Source: Candidatus Nanobsidianus stetteri (GTDB lineage: Archaea; Nanobdellota; Nanobdellia; Nanobdellales; Nanobdellaceae). Taken from it: a DNA stretch of 7,160 nt. Location of the stretch: assembly GCF_003086415.1 (NCBI RefSeq), contig NZ_QEFP02000020.1, forward strand, positions 1-7,160, given 5' to 3'. The notes below the pieces were generated by a model, which was not told where the DNA came from, searched no databases, and saw nothing but the letters and a program-made list of their open reading frames with translations. A program made the translations under genes and the position numbers. Shown piece by piece: positions 1-6,646 of this stretch; positions within the stretch are counted from its first letter, which is position 1; each line of letters starts with the position of its first letter.

Positions 1-25
1 TGAAATATTTTTAGGAGAATAATAT

Positions 26-229
26 TTGTATTTAAATTCTTCTAATGTATCTTTTTTACCAAACATAACTTCTGTATTAAAATTATTAGATTCAAATGAT
101 AAATTCTTATTTATTGGAGTATATGAGAATTTTTATAGAAAATGGAAATATGAAAAGGGTAAAGTTCTTAGACCAAGAAATTTGGAATTGGTTCATACAG
201 AATTTCTGGTATTATTTAGAAAAGTATAA
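26..229 (+). CDS. Hypothetical small protein (67 aa), doubtful
   Basis: The frame is open for 68 codons, which is unlikely by chance where stop triplets are this frequent. The only canonical-type start is TTG at 26; there is no in-frame ATG or GTG. AGGAG at 13-17 lies 8 nt upstream and could serve as a Shine-Dalgarno site. An in-frame TAA at 20-22 separates it from whatever + strand frame enters from the left edge. I recognise no family. A competing minus-strand ATG at 64-66 opens a frame that runs off the left edge. Confidence 0.3.
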   Translation: MYLNSSNVSFLPNITSVLKLLDSNDKFLFIGVYENFYRKWKYEKGKVLRPRNLELVHTEFLVLFRKV

Positions 230-281
230 AAATAAATATTTTAACCAAAAAATTTAACTTTCAAAATATTATAATAACATT

Positions 282-1118
282 ATGGTAAAACATCCAAAGA
301 AATTGCATTTCGGTCCTGCAGGAGTTCCACTATCTTCTAAAAAAAGAGATACATTAAGCGGGATTATATATACATATGAAGAGTTAAATTTAGATGGATT
401 TGAAATAGAATTTACATATGGTGTAAAATTAAAAGAGGATGTTGCAAATAATATAAACGAATATTTAAAGGATAAAGAATTTATATTAACATGTCATGCC
501 CCCTATTATATTAATTTAAATTCTACAGAAGAATCAAAAATAAATAAATCAATAGATATGTTATATAATGCCGCAAGATTATTATATTTATCTGGAGGAT
601 ATTCCGTCGTTTTTCATCCAGGTTGGTACTTAAATAATTCAAAAGAAGAAACTTATAATATAGTAAAAGAAAATCTAAAGAAACTAATGGATAAATTAAA
701 GGATGAAAGTATCGATATTTATATAAGACCAGAGACAATGGAATTATCAAAAAAATTTGGAGATATAGATGAAGTAATAAAATTATCTCAAGATATAGAA
801 AATGTTTTACCTGCAGTAGATTTTGCTCATTTAAGATATAGAAGTAATAGAAATGATATAGATTATTTTAGGGAAATATTAGATAAAATAGAAAATGAAC
901 TTGGAAGAGAAGCTTTAGATAATATGCATATTCATATTTCTGGTATAACTTTAGATAAAAAGGGTACGCATTTAAATTTAGAAGAATCAGACATGCCTTG
1001 GAAAGATATATTAAAATTATTAAAAGAATATAAAGTTAAAGGTGTTGTAATTTCAGAATCACCAAATATTGAGGAAGATGCAATTAGAATGAGAGATTAT
1101 TATAAAAAATTAAAGTAG
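282..1118 (+). CDS. nfo: Endonuclease IV family AP endonuclease (AP endonuclease family 2, xylose-isomerase-like TIM barrel)
   Basis: 278 aa, ATG start, TAG stop. Candidate metal ligands by my residue count are H72 (TCHAPYY), H112 (VVFHPG), E151 (IRPETM), D180 and H183 (VDFAHL), H216 and H218 (MHIHISG), D225 and H230 (DKKGTH), and E259 (ISESP). Their order and spacing closely parallel the nine metal ligands of E. coli Nfo as I recall them (H69 H109 E145 D179 H182 H216 D229 H231 E261). The length is typical for the family. Confidence 0.8.
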   Translation: MVKHPKKLHFGPAGVPLSSKKRDTLSGIIYTYEELNLDGFEIEFTYGVKLKEDVANNINEYLKDKEFILTCHAPYYINLNSTEESKINKSIDMLYNAARLLYLSGGYSVVFHPGWYLNNSKEETYNIVKENLKKLMDKLKDESIDIYIRPETMELSKKFGDIDEVIKLSQDIENVLPAVDFAHLRYRSNRNDIDYFREILDKIENELGREALDNMHIHISGITLDKKGTHLNLEESDMPWKDILKLLKEYKVKGVVISESPNIEEDAIRMRDYYKKLK

Positions 1119-2612
1119 ATTTTTTGCTAAATTAATAAATGCTGGTCTTGTTAATAAATATCCTATCCAAACTGTAATTATTACCATAACTGCAAATCCT
1201 TTATATAATGATAAACCTGCTACAAATGCTGGGAATACTGACAATGTTTCTAATATAATTGCTAATAGTATAACAAACATAGCTTTTTTAATTGCTTTAT
1301 CCAATCTTTCAACATTATCTGTCTTTGCATCATTATTTCCTTCTTTCTTTGCTCTTAATATTTCCTCAGCAGCAACTAATTGGTCATCAATACCTGTAGC
1401 AGTTCCAAATATTATACCAATAAATGCTGGGATATCGTATGTTTGATGTAGTGCAATACCTATTGCAAATGCAATTAAGAATTCAGATACTAATGTTAAT
1501 GTAATCAATGCAGGTATTTTTATATTTCTATATACTGCATATAGTATTGCAAATATGCCAATCAATATTAATAATAGTACTATTTCAAATGATTTTAATA
1601 TATAATATCCAAATATTGGTGGAATTATAGATTCTTGTACAATATTAAATTTTGAAGGTAATTGTCCATTTTCTAATATTATGTATAAATTATATGCCTG
1701 TTGATATGCATTATATTGTGCTTGCGTTATAGAATTTCCAGTTCCAGATACTTGAATGCTTACTTGTTGTGTATTTGAACCCCTTAAATTTGCAGCAATT
1801 AATAATGTTGATACATTCTGATTATCTAAATAGAATACTATTGGTTCACTTAAATATGCACCTCCATTTTGTAATACTACAGACAGGTTTTGTGTAGCCT
1901 GTGCAAAACTATTAGCAGCTTGTGGTGATAATAATAATGTGAAATAATATGTACATACATATTGATTACCCACTGGAGAGCATCCTAATAAACCAGAATA
2001 TTGTCCCCCAAATAAAGGTTTTATTTCAGAACCTGTAAATACTGTTGTATTACCAATTTTTGCATAAAATTCACCTTGACTAATTATATAAGGAATTAAA
2101 TTTCCTTCAGAGTATGGTAATTCAACTATTATGTATCCAGCAGATGTTGGATATATATTTATTGATTTAACGCCAAAAGAGTTTAATCTATTTTCAATTA
2201 CTTGTGCAGCAATTGATAATTCTTGAGGTGTTAGTGGTTTTGAGGAATTTAATATCAACAAATAACCTCCAGCAATATCTATTCCATAAGATATTAGAGA
2301 TGTCTGTGTAATATTTGTTTCATTTATTAATAACTGATATTGATATGGTTCTAAAACTATATTTCCATTACTTGTACTTATTTGTAAAAATGAAGAATTA
2401 ATATTATTATATATACATGTGTAATAAGAATTTATTGAATTTACTTGACAACCATTTATTGAATATATATATGTACTATTTGGTAAAATAGTACTAGAAG
2501 TAACTTCTACATTATTATTATTTAATGCATATATATCAAATACTAAAGCTGCAATAAAAATTATAATAAATATTAAAATTCTCCAATTTTTTATTAATGA
2601 TTTAGTGTCCAT
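1110..2612 (-). CDS. secD: Protein-export membrane protein SecD (archaeal type, 6 TM)
   Basis: 500 aa. An N-terminal TM helix (about residues 11-29) is followed by a roughly 300-aa extracytoplasmic domain. That domain carries the SecD hallmarks GIDIAGG (110-116), IENRLNSFGV...IIVELP, and ILENGQLPSKFNIVQESIIPPIFG. Five C-terminal TM helices follow, including GTATGIDDQLVAAEEIL. The size and single long loop fit SecD rather than SecF or a SecDF fusion. The 3' end overlaps the convergent nfo-like gene by 9 nt. Confidence 0.85.
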   Translation of the reverse strand: MDTKSLIKNWRILIFIIIFIAALVFDIYALNNNNVEVTSSTILPNSTYIYSINGCQVNSINSYYTCIYNNINSSFLQISTSNGNIVLEPYQYQLLINETNITQTSLISYGIDIAGGYLLILNSSKPLTPQELSIAAQVIENRLNSFGVKSINIYPTSAGYIIVELPYSEGNLIPYIISQGEFYAKIGNTTVFTGSEIKPLFGGQYSGLLGCSPVGNQYVCTYYFTLLLSPQAANSFAQATQNLSVVLQNGGAYLSEPIVFYLDNQNVSTLLIAANLRGSNTQQVSIQVSGTGNSITQAQYNAYQQAYNLYIILENGQLPSKFNIVQESIIPPIFGYYILKSFEIVLLLILIGIFAILYAVYRNIKIPALITLTLVSEFLIAFAIGIALHQTYDIPAFIGIIFGTATGIDDQLVAAEEILRAKKEGNNDAKTDNVERLDKAIKKAMFVILLAIILETLSVFPAFVAGLSLYKGFAVMVIITVWIGYLLTRPAFINLAKNLL

Positions 2613-2636
2613 ATTGATGTTTTATGTAAAATATTT

Positions 2637-3218
2637 TTATGGTTTTCCTCTTGAATATCCTTTTGTTATTCCCATTGCAATTAGATGTGCAACTCTAATT
2701 GGTTCGGGAATTCTGGAATGTACAGATGTTAATTTAATTATATTTATCACATCATTATATTCTAATCCATAATATTGAAAATATAATGTTCCATATGCAG
2801 TTTTATAACTTTTCGGTTCTGGATATTTTTTTATAATTTCTAATCTTTTCTCATAATCCCTTGTATGTTTAATTGCTTCTATAAATTTATCTATATTTGG
2901 TTTTTTCCTTACAAAAGATATTATAGGTATATTTAATTCATTATATAAATATTCAAAATCTATTAAATTAAATCCACCAAAAGATATGCCATTTGTTGCG
3001 ATTATTCTTAACTGATCATAATGTTTTGTTCTTTTTATCATTTCAATTATTCTATCATTTATATCAAATCCATCTATTTCAATTTTATTTGACAATATTC
3101 CATCTATTTGTAAAGATCCTCTCATTATAACTCCAACAATTATTGTATATTTATCTTTATTTCTATCAAAATATCCATCATCAATTCCCAATATTCTTAT
3201 TTCTCTTTTGATATCCAT
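2637..3218 (-). CDS. DUF99 / UPF0215 family protein (archaeal, endonuclease V-like fold family; biochemical role poorly defined)
   Basis: 193 aa. The N-terminal ILGIDDGYF, IEIDGFD, the central NGISFGGFNLID and the C-terminal RIPEPIRVAHLIA match conserved blocks I recall for the archaeal DUF99 (Pfam PF01949) family. The start overlaps the upstream gene by 22 nt. Confidence 0.8.
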   Translation of the reverse strand: MDIKREIRILGIDDGYFDRNKDKYTIIVGVIMRGSLQIDGILSNKIEIDGFDINDRIIEMIKRTKHYDQLRIIATNGISFGGFNLIDFEYLYNELNIPIISFVRKKPNIDKFIEAIKHTRDYEKRLEIIKKYPEPKSYKTAYGTLYFQYYGLEYNDVINIIKLTSVHSRIPEPIRVAHLIAMGITKGYSRGKP

Positions 3219-3778
3219 TTATTAAAATATTTTTCCCAATCTAATTTAAAAAATAATATACTCAATAAAATAAATGCTATTGAAGAAATTATAGATAATT
3301 GTAATAAAGGTATGTTTGATATATGACTTAATTTATTTAAAATGAATATTTCAGCATATAATTCTAAAAATGATTTTAATATTTTTCCTAAAACCGCTAT
3401 TAAATAATATTTTAATATATTTATTTTTTCAATTCCAAATGATAAAAATAATAAATCATCTAATGGAAGAAATGGTAATATAGTTAAAAAGAAAAAAGTT
3501 ATGTAAAAGTTTTTACTGTTAGATATTCTTTTTATGAATAGTAAATTTTTATTATTCTTTAATGGTTTTGATAGAAGAATACCTATAATATATATTACAA
3601 ATCTTCCGCTAGCTGCTCCTATGCCCAAAATAATTGATACTAGAATTATATTATATATATTTATTCCAATAATAGATAATATAGGTATTGATAATAACGT
3701 AAAGGGAGCTCCAAATAAGGGAAAAGAATTTAATATAAATGATTCAAAAAATATATATAATATATAATATATATTCAT
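3197..3778 (-). CDS. DedA / VTT (SNARE-associated, TVP38/TMEM64-like) family integral membrane protein, tentative
   Basis: 193 aa, strongly hydrophobic, about 5-6 TM segments. The layout resembles DedA/VTT proteins: an N-terminal FFESFILNSFPLFGAPFTLL (acidic residue plus Pro/Gly re-entrant-like segment), then LGIGAASGRFVIYIIG (G-x-x-x-G...Y-x-x-G), then LPFLPLDDLLFLSFG. The start overlaps the MBF1 stop in ATGA. The family call rests on motif resemblance only. Confidence 0.5.
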   Translation of the reverse strand: MNIYYILYIFFESFILNSFPLFGAPFTLLSIPILSIIGINIYNIILVSIILGIGAASGRFVIYIIGILLSKPLKNNKNLLFIKRISNSKNFYITFFFLTILPFLPLDDLLFLSFGIEKINILKYYLIAVLGKILKSFLELYAEIFILNKLSHISNIPLLQLSIISSIAFILLSILFFKLDWEKYFNKWISKEK

Positions 3779-4218
3779 TCTTCAAATTCTAAAATGTCTC
3801 CAACAGTTATATAATTTTTATTATCTTTATTATTTATTTTTTCAGTTAATACTTCTTTTTTAGTTATTTTTATTCCTAATATTTTTTCAATCTTCTTAGC
3901 TAAATTTATATCTGGTATGATCTTTTTATTTTCTATTGATTTATATAAACTTTCTTTTATTCCCAATAATTTTGCCATATCTTCTTGCTTCAATTTATGT
4001 TCTTCTCTATATTTTATTAATATTTTATTATAATTTTCATCTATAACTTCTCCAACAATTTCTTTTATTTCTAATTTATTTTCTTTTATTATATTTCCAT
4101 TTTCATCTACAGGTTTTCCATATTTTAAACAATCTTTACATACATTTAATATTGTGCCTTCTATAAATACTTTATATAATTTATCTGTACTTTTCCCACA
4201 TAGCTCACATGTTTTCAT
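3775..4218 (-). CDS. mbf1: Archaeal multiprotein-bridging factor 1 (aMBF1): N-terminal zinc ribbon plus C-terminal Cro/C1-type HTH
   Basis: 147 aa. It has four Cys in two pairs (CELCG ... CKDC) at the N-terminus. The C-terminal REEHKLKQEDMAKLLGIKESLYKSIENKKIIPDINLAKKIEKILGIKI is a typical XRE-type HTH. This architecture and length are characteristic of aMBF1. ATGA overlaps occur at both ends. Confidence 0.85.
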   Translation of the reverse strand: MKTCELCGKSTDKLYKVFIEGTILNVCKDCLKYGKPVDENGNIIKENKLEIKEIVGEVIDENYNKILIKYREEHKLKQEDMAKLLGIKESLYKSIENKKIIPDINLAKKIEKILGIKITKKEVLTEKINNKDNKNYITVGDILEFEE

Positions 4219-4838
4219 TTTATTATTTTTATTATTTCATCTTTATATTCTAATGCTATTATAATACCAATCATTATTCCAAAAGATATTGCTGCAGATA
4301 ATAATAAATAATATAGGGCTTGAACCAATACTGTTGAATTTAATCCTAAATAAGATAATGCAATGATTAAGAATAAATATAGTATGGTTCCTTTTACAAT
4401 TTTTGCAACATTATTTTTTATATTAAATAAGTATGCAATAACATCTCCAATAACAATACCCGCAATTAATATTATTATTGCTGTATAGACTAAATTTAAT
4501 ATATAAAATAAATAAGAATAATAGGGAAAATCTACAACAATTCCCAATATTAAGAAATATAATATTATATAATATTTTACTAAACTTATAATTAAATTAG
4601 ATATATTTATTCCATAAAATAATTGAGGATTTTTCTTTTGAATTTCATTTAATTTTGTATAATTGAATATAATTCTTAATATAAATATAATAACTTTTGC
4701 TATTATATATCCAATTGTTGCAAATATTATAAAAATCACAAAGTATGTTGTATAATCTTGAATATTTGATATATATAACAAAATAGGTTCTCCTATTACT
4801 TGGTAAATCTTTAATAATAGTTGACTTATGAAATCCAT
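4215..4838 (-). CDS. Hypothetical polytopic membrane protein; possibly a conserved-TM-helix repeat protein related to the N-terminal regions of MscS-like channels
   Basis: 207 aa, ATG start, about 5-6 hydrophobic helices. Two segments have a similar pattern: IIFATIGYIIAKVIIFILRIIF and IIILIAGIVIGDVIAYLFNI. It is the first gene of the overlapping minus-strand block. I cannot verify a family assignment without a profile search. Confidence 0.6.
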   Translation of the reverse strand: MDFISQLLLKIYQVIGEPILLYISNIQDYTTYFVIFIIFATIGYIIAKVIIFILRIIFNYTKLNEIQKKNPQLFYGINISNLIISLVKYYIILYFLILGIVVDFPYYSYLFYILNLVYTAIIILIAGIVIGDVIAYLFNIKNNVAKIVKGTILYLFLIIALSYLGLNSTVLVQALYYLLLSAAISFGIMIGIIIALEYKDEIIKIIK

Positions 4839-4858
4839 TAGATTTAATTTAAAAAAAC

Positions 4859-4868
4859 TTTTATAAAA
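4859..4868. promoter_or_regulatory. Palindromic TATA-like element TTTTATAAAA, candidate bidirectional promoter core
   Basis: This is a perfect 10-bp palindrome centred between 4863 and 4864. It lies about 26 nt from tRNA G+1 (4890) and about 26 nt from the A of the minus-strand ATG (4838). An A-rich run (4851-4857) flanks it on the + strand. There is no experimental support; the call rests on geometry only. Confidence 0.4.
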
Positions 4869-4889
4869 GATAAATAATCATAAATTTTA

Positions 4890-4962
4890 GGGCCCGTGGC
4901 TCAGGGGCTAGAGCGTCCGGCTGATAACCGGGAGGTCGGGGGTTCGAGTCCCCCCGGGCCCA
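4890..4962 (+). tRNA. tRNA-Ile (anticodon GAU), no intron, no encoded CCA
   Basis: The cloverleaf was folded by hand. The acceptor stem GGGCCCG (4890-4896) pairs with CGGGCCC (4955-4961), with discriminator A at 4962. The D stem is GCTC/GAGC (4899-4902 / 4911-4914). The anticodon stem is TCCGG/CCGGG (4916-4920 / 4928-4932). The anticodon loop is CTGATAA, with the anticodon GAT at 4923-4925. The variable loop is AGGTC. The T arm is GGGGG-TTCGAGT-CCCCC (4938-4954). Length is 73 nt, and G+C is about 74% by hand count. Confidence 0.95.
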
Positions 4963-4975
4963 TATTAATTATTAA

Positions 4976-4980
4976 TTTTT
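4976..4980 (+). terminator. Oligo-T tract, possible archaeal terminator for the tRNA transcript
   Basis: A T5 run sits 14 nt after the tRNA discriminator base and overlaps the complement of the ligase stop codon (4979-4981). Archaeal RNA polymerase commonly terminates at oligo-T. In sequence this AT-rich such runs are frequent, so specificity is low. Confidence 0.25.
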
Positions 4981-6646
4981 ATATTTCTTCTTTTCTTTGT
5001 TTTTCATATAATTCTCTAATTTCTTGTATTGTATTTACATCTTTTTCACTTTTATCCCATCTTATTCTATTAACTCTGGCAAATCTTAATGCAAAACCAG
5101 ATTTATACTTTGGGCTTTTTTGTATTTCATCATATATAACTTCTACAACAATCTTTGGTTTAAACCATACGATTCTTCCTTCTTCCTTTATTTTATATTT
5201 TAATAATTCTTTTGTTAATTGAACATATTCATTATCTGATAATCCCTTGAATGTTTTTGTTACCATTAAATATTCTCCAGTATCTTTATCTAATGCAGCT
5301 AAATATAAATCTGAAATAAAGTTTTTTCTTCTCCCATGACCCCATTCTCCTCCAATTATTACTAAATCTAGTGGTTCTAAATGTCCTTTTACCTTTAACC
5401 AAGATTTATCCCTTTTTCCAGGAATATACTTTGAATCCAATTTCTTTGCTACAAGACCTTCATTTTTCATATTAACAGATTCTTCAAAGAATTTCTTTGC
5501 TTCATCTTCTTTACTTGTAATTATCATTGGAGTTAAATCAATATTTCCTCTAATTTCTTCTAATATTTTTCTCCTATTTATATATTCCTCATTTATTAAT
5601 AATTTTCCATCTAAATAGATTATATCAAATAAAAATAATTTAACAGGTATTTCCTTTATATATTTTGAAATTTCATATTCTCTCTTTATTCTTTTTGAAA
5701 TTTCTTGAAAAGGCAATGGTAAATTTTTATTATAATCCCATGCAACAATTTCTCCTTCAACAACTACTTCATTATTTTTTATATTATTTAATATTAATTC
5801 TACAACATCTGGAAAAGATTTTGTTACATCCTTTAACCTTCTAGTAAATATTTTTACTTCATTTCCCCTTTTATGTATTTGTGCCCTTATTCCATCAAAT
5901 TTAAATTCAAATGCTGCGGGAGAAAAATTATTAAATACATCTTGAAAATTATTTGCCTTTTCTGCAAGCATTGGTTTAAATGGATGAAACAATCTAATAT
6001 TAACATTTTCAATATTTTTTGGATTATCAAATAAATATTCTGCTAAAACTCCAATATCTCCAATTATTGCATGAGCAATTTTAATCTTTTCATCATTAAT
6101 ACCATATATATAAGATAAACAATCCTCAATTGTTCCTTCCAATACACCATATCTCATATCTCCCTGTAAAATTCTTGTTAATAATTTTGCCTCTAAAGGT
6201 GATAAATTTTTATATATTCCTTCTAAATATAATATTCTTTTTTCTCTGGATCCTTCTCCTTCTAGATTTTCAATTTTCTTTAATTCATTATATATATCAA
6301 TTATTGTATATTTTTTTGCAAACCATTTATTTAATTTTATATTTCCCTTTTCATAAATAATTTTAACAGCTTCTCCCAAATCTCCAGATTTTTTATATAA
6401 TGAACTTAATTCCTTAATATTTACCCCCAAATTTTTTAGTACTCTTATAATTGTACTTATAGATACATTTAGTTTTCTTTCAACCCATTCTTCTTCAGTA
6501 TTTCCTAAAATTAACCAGATAGTTATTTTTAATTCATTTTTATCTAATGACTTTATAAATCTAGATAGAACATCAATTTTCAGAGATTTTTCATTAATCT
6601 TTTCAACCTTTTCCAATATTTCTGCTAATTCGGAGAAATATTTCAT
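4979..6646 (-). CDS. lig: ATP-dependent DNA ligase (Lig1 type: DNA-binding, adenylation and OB domains)
   Basis: 555 aa with all nucleotidyltransferase motifs. Motif I is EFKFDGIRAQ, with the catalytic Lys at residue 249 (codon 5900-5902). Motif III is VVVEGEIVAW. Motif IIIa is LFLFDIIYLDG. Motif IV is EGLVAKK. Motif V is SWLKVK. The OB-domain DLVIIGGEWGHGRR and motif VI ALRFARVNRIRWDK are also present. The N-terminal roughly 220 aa resemble the archaeal/eukaryotic DNA-binding domain. Confidence 0.95.
   Translation of the reverse strand: MKYFSELAEILEKVEKINEKSLKIDVLSRFIKSLDKNELKITIWLILGNTEEEWVERKLNVSISTIIRVLKNLGVNIKELSSLYKKSGDLGEAVKIIYEKGNIKLNKWFAKKYTIIDIYNELKKIENLEGEGSREKRILYLEGIYKNLSPLEAKLLTRILQGDMRYGVLEGTIEDCLSYIYGINDEKIKIAHAIIGDIGVLAEYLFDNPKNIENVNIRLFHPFKPMLAEKANNFQDVFNNFSPAAFEFKFDGIRAQIHKRGNEVKIFTRRLKDVTKSFPDVVELILNNIKNNEVVVEGEIVAWDYNKNLPLPFQEISKRIKREYEISKYIKEIPVKLFLFDIIYLDGKLLINEEYINRRKILEEIRGNIDLTPMIITSKEDEAKKFFEESVNMKNEGLVAKKLDSKYIPGKRDKSWLKVKGHLEPLDLVIIGGEWGHGRRKNFISDLYLAALDKDTGEYLMVTKTFKGLSDNEYVQLTKELLKYKIKEEGRIVWFKPKIVVEVIYDEIQKSPKYKSGFALRFARVNRIRWDKSEKDVNTIQEIRELYEKQRKEEI

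Noticed and set aside
523-750. 75-aa minus-strand ORF antisense to the endonuclease IV family gene
   Set aside because: It lies wholly within a gene that has conserved catalytic motifs. The peptide is low-complexity (L, I, Y rich) and typical of a shadow frame, with no start context or family resemblance.
1327-1389. Possible C/D box sRNA on the minus strand (UGAUGA from complement of 1384-1389, CUGA from complement of 1366-1369)
   Set aside because: It lies inside the SecD coding frame on the coding strand. The only candidate C' box is degenerate (UGAUGC) and 33 nt from the D' candidate. No terminal D box (CUGA) follows, and there is no terminal stem.
3534-3767. 77-aa + strand ORF antisense to the DedA-like gene
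   Set aside because: It is a shadow ORF inside a gene that is part of an overlap-coupled operon on the other strand. It has no recognisable motif and no promoter space.
4964-4977. Tandem direct repeat ATTAATT ATTAATT downstream of the tRNA
   Set aside because: It is two copies of a 7-mer made only of A and T, in sequence that is nearly all A/T. That is expected by chance and too short to carry meaning on its own.
4890-4978. tRNA gene as an integration site (att) for a mobile element
   Set aside because: No integrase or other mobile-element gene flanks it. No second copy of the GC-rich tRNA 3' segment exists anywhere in the window. Both neighbours are housekeeping genes packed within 16 and 51 nt.
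4896-5222. 108-aa + strand ORF from the supplied track
   Set aside because: Its first roughly 22 codons are simply the translation of the GC-rich tRNA-Ile gene (MAQGLERPADNREVGGSSPPGP). The rest is antisense to the well-supported 3' end of the DNA ligase gene and is a low-complexity hydrophobic peptide.
6130-6360. 76-aa + strand ORF antisense to the ligase gene
   Set aside because: It is contained within the ligase DNA-binding domain coding region. Its composition (F, L, I, Y runs) is what results from reading Lys/Glu/Asn-rich codons backwards.
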